Assembly: GCA_029219285.1 (NCBI GenBank) | Contig: JAQXTC010000131.1 | Span: forward strand, 9,758 to 73,757 | DNA length: 64,000 nucleotides | Source: Clostridiaceae bacterium | GTDB lineage: Bacteria > Bacillota > Clostridia > Clostridiales > Clostridiaceae | Direction: 5' to 3' | Shown: positions 9,098 through 18,454 of the stretch, piece after piece | How positions within the stretch are numbered: position 1 is the stretch's first letter | Layout: each line of letters starts with the position of its first letter | Position numbers and translations under genes: made by a program | The notes under the pieces: model-generated | Database searches by the model: none | The model's input: only the letters and a program-made list of their open reading frames with translations | Told to the model about the DNA's origin: nothing

Positions 9098-9130
9098 TGG
9101 TAAAAAATAGTAAATAAATGGTAAAAAATA
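9098..9130. repeat. 12-nt perfect direct repeat TGGTAAAAAATA x2, 21-nt period, in the capA/zapA divergent intergenic region
   Basis: Copies at 9098-9109 and 9119-9130. Confidence 0.6.
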
Positions 9131-9175
9131 ATCTTTTAAAAAAATTAAAATTTAATTAAAGAACGGGAGTATAGC

Positions 9176-9204
9176 TTGTTTTATAAAAATATATACCCTA
9201 TAAT
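9176..9204 (+). promoter_or_regulatory. sigma-A-type promoter for zapA-like gene
   Basis: TTGTTT (9176-9181), a 17-nt spacer, then TATAAT (9199-9204). The listed TTG start at 9176 is this -35 box. Confidence 0.55.
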
Positions 9205-9235
9205 TAATTTAAAGATAATTTCAAGAGGTGTTATT

Positions 9236-10399
9236 ATGGTTAAAGTTACAGTTAACATAAATGGGAAAGATTACAATCTAAAGGGGAAAGATAACGAAAA
9301 GTATTTAATTGATATAGCAGAATATGTTGATGGGAAAATAAAAGAAATAACAAGTAAAAATAAATTCTTGAGTACAGGTGATGCAGCAGTTTTAGCAGCT
9401 GTTAATATTGCTGATGAACTAAATGAAACAGATAAAGAAAATATTGAGATGAAGAAAATTAAAATTTCTCTTGAAGAAAGAAATCAAACATTAAGTGATA
9501 CAATAAAGGAACTTAGAGAGAATGCGGAAAAGTCTCAAGAAAAAAAGAGGATATTGGTAAATCAACTTAATGATAAAATTAATGAATTGAGAAATGAAAT
9601 TTCAAAGCTTAGAGAGAGTAATAAATTATTAACTGGAGAAAAAAATAAATTAGATGAAAAGAATAAAGAATATCATCAAAGAGACGAGAAGAATCTAAAA
9701 CATATAAAAGAACTTACAGCTTCTAATAAGGAAGCATATAAAAAAATAAATAAATATAAAGAAGAAAGAAAAACATTAGAGGATGAATTTAATAAAGCAG
9801 TATTAAGTGAAAAATCTATGAAAAAAGATTTAGAGTATGTAGTAAATGAAAAGAAACAACTTTTAAAGCGCGTTGAAGAAATGAAAAATGGACAACACAA
9901 ATTCGAGAAACAGGTATTTTCATTAAAATCAGATAAAAAGCTTTTGGAAGATAAAATTAAAGAATTACAAAATGCTAAAAGTGGCGTTGAAGATGAAATG
10001 AATAATTTAAGTGTCGAAAATAGTCAATTAAATGAAACAATAAAACAAATTAATAGTGAAATAAAAGATCTTCAATACAAGTTGAGCGAAAGGGACAAAC
10101 AATTAGAAAGTGAGCAAGCAAATAAAAAGTCATTAGAGGAAGAACTTAGAGAGAATACTATAAAAGAAAAAGAAGCTTTACAGAATGAATTAAACAGTAA
10201 AGAAGAGAATATCAAGTCTTTAAAGGAGAAAATTGATAGAGCTAATTATGAAAAGAAAATGATAATGGAAAGAGGTAAAGGATCAAGTCAAGAATTAAGA
10301 ACAGCTAAGTATAGAATAGCAGATTTAGAGAAAAAGCTATTAGATACACAAATTGAGATGGTGAGAATGAAAAAAGCACATAATGTTCTAATCAAATAA
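9236..10399 (+). CDS. zapA: ZapA-domain cell division protein fused to a coiled coil of about 300 aa
   Basis: MVKVTVNINGKDYNLKGKDNEKYLIDIAEYVDGKIKEI... is ZapA-like. The rest is K/E/L/N-rich heptad-like sequence. Start at ATG 9236 with AGAGG SD. Confidence 0.65.
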   Translation: MVKVTVNINGKDYNLKGKDNEKYLIDIAEYVDGKIKEITSKNKFLSTGDAAVLAAVNIADELNETDKENIEMKKIKISLEERNQTLSDTIKELRENAEKSQEKKRILVNQLNDKINELRNEISKLRESNKLLTGEKNKLDEKNKEYHQRDEKNLKHIKELTASNKEAYKKINKYKEERKTLEDEFNKAVLSEKSMKKDLEYVVNEKKQLLKRVEEMKNGQHKFEKQVFSLKSDKKLLEDKIKELQNAKSGVEDEMNNLSVENSQLNETIKQINSEIKDLQYKLSERDKQLESEQANKKSLEEELRENTIKEKEALQNELNSKEENIKSLKEKIDRANYEKKMIMERGKGSSQELRTAKYRIADLEKKLLDTQIEMVRMKKAHNVLIK

Positions 10400-10403
10400 A
10401 AAG

Positions 10404-10456
10404 AAAGGGGTGTATCAAAGAAAATTAATTTTCTTGATGCATACCCTTTTTCTTTT
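10404..10456 (+). terminator. intrinsic terminator (long imperfect hairpin plus T-rich tail)
   Basis: AAAGGGGTGTATCAAAGAAAATT / AATTTTCTTGATGCATACCCTTT pair with small bulges, followed by TTTTTCTTTT. Confidence 0.7.
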
Positions 10457-10557
10457 ATTATTTATAAGGAGCAAAGTGGAATAAATCGTGATTTTATGGT
10501 ATAACTTAAGTTATTGGAACAATGAGATAAACTAAGATTTTTAGGAGAGAAAATTTC

Positions 10558-12906
10558 ATGAAAAAAGTTGAATTACTAGCTCCTGCTGGAAGTATGGAAA
10601 GTATTTATGCAGCAGTTAATAATGGAGCAGATGCAATATATTTAGGTGGACCAAAGTTTTCAGCTAGAGCAAAAGCTGTTGAGTTTGACAATGAAACAAT
10701 GAAGGAAGCGGTAGATTACTGCCATAGTTATGGTGTAGAAGTCTATGTTACTATGAATACAATACTTAAAGAAAGTGAATTGAAAGAAGCTATTAGATAT
10801 GTTGGATATCTTTATGAAATAGGTGTAAATGCTCTTATTGTACAAGATACAGGTCTTGTGGAATTAATTCAAGAAAAGTATCCTGACTTTGAAATACACG
10901 CATCTACACAAATGACAATTCATAATGGAGAAGGTGCTCTTTATTATAGAGATAAAGGTTTTACAAGAGTAGTTCTATCGAGAGAACTTAGTCTTAAGGA
11001 AATAGAATACATATCAAAGGATTTAGGACTTGAAACCGAAATATTTGTTCATGGAGCTCTATGTGTATCTTATTCAGGACAATGTTTAATGAGTGCTATG
11101 ATAGGAAGTAGAAGTGGTAATAGAGGTAAGTGTGCTCAGCCATGTAGACAAGAATATAGATTAGTTTCTAAAAATAGTGGTGAGAAAAAGGGACACTTAT
11201 TAAGTACAAAAGATACTTGTACAATAGATGACATAAAAGATATTATAAAATCAGGAGCTTATTCCTTAAAGGTTGAAGGAAGAATGAAGAGACCAGAATA
11301 TGTTGCTGGTGTTATTGAAACTTATAGAAATGCTTTAGATAATGAATTAGAAAATAAGAAATTTGATAAAGAAGAAGGAAAGAAAACCCTTTTACAGCTA
11401 TTCAATAGAGGTGGTTTTGCTAATGCTTATCTAAAAAAAGATTCGGGTAAAGATATGATGAGCTTCTCTATACCAAGAAATACTGGTATCGAAGTTGGTA
11501 AAGTTGATGAAAAAGGAAGAGTAAAGCTATTTGACACTGTAGGAATTGGTGATGGAATAGGATGTGGAAATAAAGGATTTACTTTAAGTAAAATAATACA
11601 TAATGGAAGAGAAGTTAGAGAGGCTGATAAAGGAGATATAGTTGAGTTATTTCCTAAAATGTATAAAAAGGGCGAAGTAATTTATAGAACTTCAAGTAAA
11701 AGCCTTTCAGATAGACTGCAAGAAAAAATTAAGCCATATTATAGAAAGATTTCATTAAAAGGACAGGTAAGATTTAAACTTGGAGAACCTATATCTTTAA
11801 AAGCAGAATTTAATAATAAGACATATGAAGTTTTTGGAGATTTAGTGGAAAGGGCTGAAAGAAAGCCATTAGATAAGGAAAGAATAGTTGAATCTTTAGA
11901 AAAGTCTGGAGGGTATCCATATAAGTTTGAAGAAATAGATTTTGTGGATTTTGAGGATGGCTTTTTACGAGTATCATCATTAAATAACTTAAGAAGAGAA
12001 TTATTTGATAAAATACTAAAGGATGTACTATCAAAGGATAGGAGAAAAAGACCTAAGCTTTCAGAGGAAAAAGCAATAGAAAATAACTATAAAGAACCTT
12101 TGAATTTAGGATTATTAGTTACTTGTGTTACTAAAGAACAACTAGATACTTTAGTAAAGATGGGCATTAAAAATATAGGTGTAGATCTTTATAGTAGAGA
12201 AAAAAATGCATTAAAAATTAAAGATATAGAAAATTTAGATAATGTTAATTTATATATTTTAACACCTGAAATAATTAAAGGTGAATTTGATTCTGTAGTT
12301 AGTATGATTGAAAAAAGTAAAAACTATATTAAAGGAATAATTACTTCAAATGCAGGTATTATTAATATATATAAAGATAAGATGCAAATAATAGGTGATT
12401 ATAAACTTAATGTATTTAATTCAAAAGCATTAGATTTCTATAGAAGAGATTTAAATACAGTTTCACTAAGTTTAGAACTTAACAAAAGAGAAATAAAAGA
12501 AATTCTTAAAAAGGCACCGAGTGGAATTGCTTATCAAATTTATGGTAAAACTGAACTTATGGTAAGTGAATATTGTCCAATTGGAAGTACTTTTGGTGGT
12601 AAGAATAAAGATAAAAGTTGTAATTTAGCATGTACAAGAGATAGTTTTACTCTTGTAGATGAAAAGAATGAAGGATTTAGAGTTATGACAGATGTGTTCT
12701 GTAGAAGTCATATTTTAAATGGTGTAGCTTTAAATCTAATTGGCGAAAAAGAAGAATTAAAATCAATGGGAGTAAAGACCTTTAGAGTTGATTTTAAGGA
12801 TGAAAGCAGTCAGGATATAATGAGAATATTTGATATGATAGAGGGAAAATCAGATATAGAAAATAAATATTATACAAAAGGCTGTTATAGAAGAGGGGTT
12901 GAATAA
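10558..12906 (+). CDS. U32 family protein (annotated in databases as peptidase/collagenase; Fe-S hydroxylase-type motif, long RlhA-like form)
   Basis: 782 aa. ELLAPAGS N-terminus typical of U32. Cys motif CVSYSGQCLMSAMIGSRSGNRGKCAQPC = C-x6-C-x15-C-x3-C. E-G-R-M-K region VEGRMKRPEYV. Confidence 0.8.
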   Translation: MKKVELLAPAGSMESIYAAVNNGADAIYLGGPKFSARAKAVEFDNETMKEAVDYCHSYGVEVYVTMNTILKESELKEAIRYVGYLYEIGVNALIVQDTGLVELIQEKYPDFEIHASTQMTIHNGEGALYYRDKGFTRVVLSRELSLKEIEYISKDLGLETEIFVHGALCVSYSGQCLMSAMIGSRSGNRGKCAQPCRQEYRLVSKNSGEKKGHLLSTKDTCTIDDIKDIIKSGAYSLKVEGRMKRPEYVAGVIETYRNALDNELENKKFDKEEGKKTLLQLFNRGGFANAYLKKDSGKDMMSFSIPRNTGIEVGKVDEKGRVKLFDTVGIGDGIGCGNKGFTLSKIIHNGREVREADKGDIVELFPKMYKKGEVIYRTSSKSLSDRLQEKIKPYYRKISLKGQVRFKLGEPISLKAEFNNKTYEVFGDLVERAERKPLDKERIVESLEKSGGYPYKFEEIDFVDFEDGFLRVSSLNNLRRELFDKILKDVLSKDRRKRPKLSEEKAIENNYKEPLNLGLLVTCVTKEQLDTLVKMGIKNIGVDLYSREKNALKIKDIENLDNVNLYILTPEIIKGEFDSVVSMIEKSKNYIKGIITSNAGIINIYKDKMQIIGDYKLNVFNSKALDFYRRDLNTVSLSLELNKREIKEILKKAPSGIAYQIYGKTELMVSEYCPIGSTFGGKNKDKSCNLACTRDSFTLVDEKNEGFRVMTDVFCRSHILNGVALNLIGEKEELKSMGVKTFRVDFKDESSQDIMRIFDMIEGKSDIENKYYTKGCYRRGVE

Positions 12907-12909
12907 ATA

Positions 12910-15276
12910 ATGAATGAAAGAGCTTTAAGAGTATTAGAGTTCAATAAAATAAAAACAAAGCTAGAAAAATATGCAGTTACTGCAGGGGGAAAAGAACTTG
13001 TAAGGGAGCTTGTTCCATATGAATCAGCTTATGATGTTAAAAATGCATTAGAAGAAACATATGAAGCATATAATCTTGTTTTAAAAAAAGGAAATCCACC
13101 TTTTGCTGGAACGATAGATGTAAGAGAAGCAGTAAGTAGAGCTAAAAAAGGTGGTGTATTAACTGCTGGTCAGCTCTTGTATGTTGGCAATGTACTTAGA
13201 TCTACAAGGCAAATAAAAGAATACTTTAATAGAAAAGAAGAAGAGGAAAGCTTTGAAAGATTAGAAGATTTAGCTGGCATATTAATGCCTATTACTCCTT
13301 TAGAAAAGGATATAGAAAGAGCTATTGTTTCCGAGGAAGAAATTAGTGATAAGGCAAGTAATAAGCTTTACGATATCAGAAGAAGTTTAAAAGAAAAGAA
13401 TTCTTCGGTTAGAGATAAGATTAACTCAATGGTTAGAAGTAATGCAAAATATCTTCAAGATGCCATTTATACAATGAGAGGCGACAGATATGTATTACCT
13501 GTAAAATCTGAGTATAAATCTCAGGTTCCAGGACTTGTACATGATACGAGTTCTACAGGGGCAACATTTTATATTGAGCCTATGAGTCTTGTTAATATCA
13601 ATAATGAAATTAAAGAACTAAAATTGAAAGAGAAGGCCGAAATAGAAAGAATTCTTGCAGACCTTTCAAGAAAGGTTAAAGACAATGTGGATCAAATTAT
13701 AAGTAATATGAAAATATTATTTACAATTGATTTCACTTTTGCCAAGGGAAAGTATTCATTATCTATTGAAGGTTCTATGCCAGAAGTGAATGAAAATGGT
13801 GTATTTAACCTAATTGATGCAAGACATCCATTAATTGATAAAGATAAAGTTATTCCTTCTGATATATATCTTGGCGATAATTTTAAAGTATTAATGATTA
13901 CAGGGCCTAATACTGGTGGTAAAACAGTAACTTTAAAGACAGTAGGTCTTATTCACTTAATGGGTATGAGTGGGATTTTAATTCCTGCCAAAGATGGTTC
14001 GTCAATAAATTATTACAGAGAAGTTTATGCAGATATTGGTGATGAACAAAGCATAGAACAAAGTCTTTCAACATTCTCATCTCATATGACAAACATAGTT
14101 AATATAATGAGAGATGCTGATAGAGATACTTTAGCATTGTTTGATGAACTTGGTGCAGGAACAGATCCAACAGAAGGTGCTGCTCTTGCTGTTTCAATTA
14201 TAGAAACATTAAAGGAAAGAGGAACTGAGATAATAGCAACAACTCACTACAGTGAACTTAAAGGATATGCATTAAGAACACCAGAAGTTGAAAATGCATC
14301 AGTAGAATTCAATATTGAAACTTTAAGACCAACTTATAGACTATTAATTGGTATTCCTGGTAAATCTAATGCCTTTGCTATAAGTAAGAGGTTAGGTTTA
14401 GATGATTATATTATAGAAAAAGCTAAGAATAGTATTTCTAAAGAAAACTTACAATTCGAAGATTTAATCAGAGATTTACAAGAAAAAAGCATAAAAGCTA
14501 ATAATGATGCAAGAGAAGCTGAAAAAATTAAACATGAACTTTCTATGAGTAAGAGAGTATATGAAGAAAAACTTAAAAAATTGGATAAGACTCGTGATAA
14601 GGCATATAATGATGCAAGAGAAGAAGCTAAAAAGATAATAGCTAATGCTAAGGATGAAGCCGATGAAATACTTAAAGCTATGAGAGAACTTGAAAAGCTT
14701 GGCATTGAAGGTGGCGGCAGAAAGAGACTTGAAGAGGAAAGAAAGAAGCTTAAAGATTCATTAGAAGAGAAAGAAAATGCATTATATAAACAAAGAGAAA
14801 ATACTGGAGAAGCTATAGAAAAGGTAACTCTTGGTATGGATGCTTTCCTTCCATCATTAAATCAAAATGTAATAATAGTTTCAATGCCTGATAATAAGGG
14901 AGAAGTACAAGTTGAAGCAGGTATTATGAAGATTAGTGTAAAGCTAAAGGATTTAAGGAAAGTCAATGGAACTTCTACAAAAAAAGAAGAGAAAAAGAGA
15001 GCTAAAAGAGAAATTAAATTGAATTTAAAACAAGTTGAAAGTAGAGTTGACCTTAGAGGTTTAGATGCAGAGGAAGCTTGTTATCGAGCAGATAAATATT
15101 TAGATGAGGCGTATATGGCTAATTTGGGTGAAGTTACTATAGTTCATGGAAAAGGAACAGGAGTATTAAGAAAGGCAATTAATACAATGCTTAAGAGAAA
15201 TCCACATGTAAAAAGTTATAGACTTGGAGTTTATGGTGAAGGTGGAGATGGCGTTACAATGGTAGAATTAAAATAA
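12910..15276 (+). CDS. mutS2: endonuclease MutS2 (MutS-II ATPase plus C-terminal Smr domain)
   Basis: 788 aa. Walker A ITGPNTGGKTVTLK, DELGAGTDP, and C-terminal Smr VDLRGLDAEEA...VTIVHGKGTGVLRKAI. Confidence 0.92.
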   Translation: MNERALRVLEFNKIKTKLEKYAVTAGGKELVRELVPYESAYDVKNALEETYEAYNLVLKKGNPPFAGTIDVREAVSRAKKGGVLTAGQLLYVGNVLRSTRQIKEYFNRKEEEESFERLEDLAGILMPITPLEKDIERAIVSEEEISDKASNKLYDIRRSLKEKNSSVRDKINSMVRSNAKYLQDAIYTMRGDRYVLPVKSEYKSQVPGLVHDTSSTGATFYIEPMSLVNINNEIKELKLKEKAEIERILADLSRKVKDNVDQIISNMKILFTIDFTFAKGKYSLSIEGSMPEVNENGVFNLIDARHPLIDKDKVIPSDIYLGDNFKVLMITGPNTGGKTVTLKTVGLIHLMGMSGILIPAKDGSSINYYREVYADIGDEQSIEQSLSTFSSHMTNIVNIMRDADRDTLALFDELGAGTDPTEGAALAVSIIETLKERGTEIIATTHYSELKGYALRTPEVENASVEFNIETLRPTYRLLIGIPGKSNAFAISKRLGLDDYIIEKAKNSISKENLQFEDLIRDLQEKSIKANNDAREAEKIKHELSMSKRVYEEKLKKLDKTRDKAYNDAREEAKKIIANAKDEADEILKAMRELEKLGIEGGGRKRLEEERKKLKDSLEEKENALYKQRENTGEAIEKVTLGMDAFLPSLNQNVIIVSMPDNKGEVQVEAGIMKISVKLKDLRKVNGTSTKKEEKKRAKREIKLNLKQVESRVDLRGLDAEEACYRADKYLDEAYMANLGEVTIVHGKGTGVLRKAINTMLKRNPHVKSYRLGVYGEGGDGVTMVELK

Positions 15277-15359
15277 TATAAATAAAATTTCTTTATTTTT
15301 TAAATAAAATCTACTATAATGAATTTATTGTCGAAATCACTAAAGAAGGTTCAGGAGAG

Positions 15360-16310
15360 ATGTTAATGAAAGAAAAAGATTCATATATACTAGTATTGGG
15401 AGCATCAATTGTTGATATAATTGGTTTTAGCAGATCTAAGTATACTACTAATGATTCAATACCAGGCAATATAAAAATTTCTTTAGGTGGGGTATGTAGA
15501 AATATTGCAGAGAATATGGCTAGAGTTGGAGTTAATACTAAGTTTATTTCAACTATAGGTGATGATGAACAAGGAAGAAACATATTAGAACATTCAAAAC
15601 TTATTGGTTATAATATGGAGCATTGTTTACTATTAGAAGGAAAGAGTACACCAACATATATGGCTATATTAGATGAAACTGGAGAAATGGTTTCAGCTAT
15701 TGTTGATATGCAAACAATAGGAGAAATGGATGAAGACTTTATTGATTCTAAAAAGGAAGTGATCTGTAATGCTGAATATACAGTATTAGATACGGATTCA
15801 CCAGAATTGTTAGAACATATAGTGAAAACTTATGAGGGTAAAACTAATTTTATTTTAGATTTAGTATCTGCATCAAAAGCAGAAAAAGTTAAGCATCTTA
15901 TAAAATATTTTCATACAATAAAACCTAACAGATATGAAGCAGAAATACTTTGTGGTTTTAAGATAAAAGGGAAAGAAGATTTAAAAAAGGCAGGAGAGTA
16001 TTTTTTATCACTTGGAATAAAAAATGTTTATATTAGTCTTGATAAAGATGGGGTATACTATACCAATGGAGTTGAAGAAGGAATAATAAAAGCTTGTGAT
16101 GTTGTTGTTAAAAATACAACAGGAGCAGGTGATTCATTTGTTGCAGGTGTAGGATATGGATACATGAATAACCTTTCATTAAGAGATACAGTAAAATACT
16201 CAATAGCTATGTCAACAATAACAATAGCTCATGAGGATACAATTAACCCTAAGATGAGTAGAGATTATGTTGATTATTATATAGATAAAATCAAATGGGA
16301 AGAAGAATAG
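15360..16310 (+). CDS. PfkB-family carbohydrate/nucleoside kinase (pseudouridine-kinase-like)
   Basis: 316 aa. N-terminal LVLGASIVDIIG and PfkB signature NTTGAGDSFVAG. Confidence 0.75.
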   Translation: MLMKEKDSYILVLGASIVDIIGFSRSKYTTNDSIPGNIKISLGGVCRNIAENMARVGVNTKFISTIGDDEQGRNILEHSKLIGYNMEHCLLLEGKSTPTYMAILDETGEMVSAIVDMQTIGEMDEDFIDSKKEVICNAEYTVLDTDSPELLEHIVKTYEGKTNFILDLVSASKAEKVKHLIKYFHTIKPNRYEAEILCGFKIKGKEDLKKAGEYFLSLGIKNVYISLDKDGVYYTNGVEEGIIKACDVVVKNTTGAGDSFVAGVGYGYMNNLSLRDTVKYSIAMSTITIAHEDTINPKMSRDYVDYYIDKIKWEEE

Positions 16311-16324
16311 ACTAATTAGAAAAG

Positions 16325-16355
16325 GCAGTACACTCGTTTTTGTGTACTGCTTTTT
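16325..16355 (+). terminator. intrinsic terminator
   Basis: 9-bp stem GCAGTACAC (16325-16333) / GTGTACTGC (16342-16350) plus T5. The listed GTG start 16342 lies inside this stem. Confidence 0.8.
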
Positions 16356-16398
16356 CTATGAAGAGAGAGTTATTTTATTTGAGTTACAGGGGGAGATT

Positions 16399-17805
16399 AT
16401 GAATAATTTTGTAGTAAAGAAAAAAAGTAAGTTGTTTAATATGCAGGTTGATTTGCTAAATGGAAGCATTATGAAGTCTTTAGTTCTATTTGCAATTCCA
16501 TTATTTATATCTAACGTGTTTCAGCAGTTATATAATACAGTTGATACAATGATAGTAGGAAATTGTTTGGGAGATACATCATTAGCAGCTATAGGAGCTT
16601 GCGCTGCAGTTTATGATTTGCTAATTGGCTTTGCATTAGGTATTGGAAATGGATTAAGTATAGTCTGTGCTAGATGTTTTGGAGAAAAGAATGAAGAAAG
16701 ATTAAAAAAGAGTGTAGCAGGTTCAATAATAATTGGAATTGTAGTTTCCGTTATTATTACCATAATAGCGAAAATAACTTTATATCCACTACTACAATTA
16801 TTAAATACTCCAGAAGATATTATCAATGAAGCTTATTCATATATATCATTTATCACATTGTTTGTTATAGTAATGTTTGGTTATAATTTGTGTGCTGGTT
16901 TATTAAGGGCAATCGGTAATAGTATAGTTCCATTAATATTTCTAATTATATCATCAATATTAAATATAGGATTGGATATCATATTTATCACAAATGTACA
17001 TATGGGTATAGCTGGAGCAGCAGTAGCTACAGTGGTTTCACAAAGTATATCTATAATTTTATGTGTGATTTATATTATTAAAAGATGTCCAAATATTTTA
17101 CCAAAGAAAGAACATTTTAATGTAGACAAAGAATTATTTAGAGAATTATTAGGACAAGGTTTATCTATGGGATTTATGATGTCTATTGTATCTTCTGGTA
17201 CTGTTATTTTACAGTCATCCATTAATGGACTTGGTTATCTTATTATAGCAGGTCATACTGCAGCAAGAAAAATTCAAGCATTTTTTATGATGGCAGTTAT
17301 AGCTGTTGGAGTATCTCTATCAACCTTTGTATCGCAAAATAAAGGAGCAAATCAAGGGGAACGTATTAGAAAGGCTGTTAGATATTGCAACATTTATGCT
17401 ATTGTGTCTTCAGCAGTTATTTTCATTATTATTTATTTTGCAGCACCATCATTAATAAATTTAATTTCAGGTTCTAGTGAGGTTGATGTATTAAATAATG
17501 GTACAAGATATTTAAGGATTAATGCTTTATTTTACCCAGTTCTTGGAATATTATTAAACCTAAGAAATTCACTACAAGGTATTGGTAAAAAAATAGTGCC
17601 ACTAATATCTAGCTGCATAGAGTGTATTGGTAAAATAGTTTTTGTTTTATTATTTATTCCTACCTTGAAATATTTTGGAGTAATTATTTGTGAACCTGTT
17701 ATATGGTGTCTTATGACCATTCAACTAGTATATTCATTTTACAATAATGAGTATATAAAAAGTTATAGTAAAAAAGCTGTGCTCCAAGAGAATTTTTGTA
17801 AATAA
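16399..17805 (+). CDS. MATE family efflux transporter
   Basis: About 468 aa and polytopic. Conserved MATE N-terminus SLVLFAIPLFISNVFQQLYNTVDTMIVGN. Start at ATG 16399 after GGGGGAG. Confidence 0.85.
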   Translation: MNNFVVKKKSKLFNMQVDLLNGSIMKSLVLFAIPLFISNVFQQLYNTVDTMIVGNCLGDTSLAAIGACAAVYDLLIGFALGIGNGLSIVCARCFGEKNEERLKKSVAGSIIIGIVVSVIITIIAKITLYPLLQLLNTPEDIINEAYSYISFITLFVIVMFGYNLCAGLLRAIGNSIVPLIFLIISSILNIGLDIIFITNVHMGIAGAAVATVVSQSISIILCVIYIIKRCPNILPKKEHFNVDKELFRELLGQGLSMGFMMSIVSSGTVILQSSINGLGYLIIAGHTAARKIQAFFMMAVIAVGVSLSTFVSQNKGANQGERIRKAVRYCNIYAIVSSAVIFIIIYFAAPSLINLISGSSEVDVLNNGTRYLRINALFYPVLGILLNLRNSLQGIGKKIVPLISSCIECIGKIVFVLLFIPTLKYFGVIICEPVIWCLMTIQLVYSFYNNEYIKSYSKKAVLQENFCK

Positions 17806-17854
17806 AAATAATATATGCGATAATTAGTGTGAAGTTTATATAGAGGTGATAATT

Positions 17855-18361
17855 ATGTATTTGATGAGTGCATGCTTATGTGGAGTAAACTGCAAATATA
17901 GTGGGAAAAATAATTTGAATGAAGATTGTTTGAGGCTTTTTGAAAAAGGAAAGGCTATATTAATATGTCCAGAACAATTAGGTGGTCTTATGACACCAAG
18001 AAATCCAGCTGAAATACAAGGGAATGCTAAGGAATTAATTGGGAAAAATATAGGAAAAGTTATAACTAATGACGGGAAAGATGTTACTGATTATTTTATA
18101 AGAGGTGCAGAAGAAGTCGTTAAGATTGGAAAGATAGCAAATGTTACTGCAGCTATTTTAAAAGAAGGAAGCCCATCATGTGGTTGTAATTTTGTTTATG
18201 ATGGAACTTTTACGGGGAAAAAGATTGAAGGTGAAGGTTTGACTTGCCACCTTCTTAGAAAAAATGGCATTGGAGTAATATCTGATGAAGAATATAGTAG
18301 TACTGTAAGTACAGAGGGTAATATAATTTATTTATCAGATCATGATTATAAGAGAAAATAA
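17855..18361 (+). CDS. DUF523 family protein (TudS-like Fe-S thiouracil desulfidase family)
   Basis: MYLMSACLCGVNCKYSGKNN and later EGSPSCGC match the DUF523 Cys pattern. Start at ATG 17855 after AGAGGTG. Confidence 0.65.
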   Translation: MYLMSACLCGVNCKYSGKNNLNEDCLRLFEKGKAILICPEQLGGLMTPRNPAEIQGNAKELIGKNIGKVITNDGKDVTDYFIRGAEEVVKIGKIANVTAAILKEGSPSCGCNFVYDGTFTGKKIEGEGLTCHLLRKNGIGVISDEEYSSTVSTEGNIIYLSDHDYKRK

Positions 18362-18454
18362 TAAAATATAAATTTAAAACATGAATTTTGTATAATTTTC
18401 ACCTTAAATTGGAATAATTAAAAAGGTATTTAGAAATTTTATTTAATTTAAGGA

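Noticed and set aside
2622-9900. Short antisense or alternate-frame ORFs 2622..2867, 5643..5972, 6435..6737, 6515..6700, 7530..7757, 7798..7998 and 9676..9900.
   Set aside because: Each lies wholly within, or overlaps, a longer ORF that has family motifs. None has an SD-like sequence at proper spacing, and their compositions are typical of non-coding frames in AT-rich DNA.
16342-16398. N-terminal extensions proposed by the ORF track: MATE 16342, zapA 9176, rluD 46320, tagA 22053, pilB 52007, DUF523 17846, MTAN 5287, FTCD 26783, lipoprotein 50960.
   Set aside because: The extended starts are non-ATG or fall inside a terminator stem (16342), a promoter -35 box or spacer (9176, 46320) or the preceding gene (22053). 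In each case an internal ATG has a properly spaced GGAGG-type SD.
10660-17720. Antisense ORFs 10660..10845, 11810..12034, 14406..14705, 15314..15583, 16611..16826 and 17532..17720.
   Set aside because: Same reasoning as the other antisense ORFs. They are embedded in the U32, mutS2, pfkB and MATE coding regions. 14406..14705 is the mirror image of the K/E-rich MutS2 linker.
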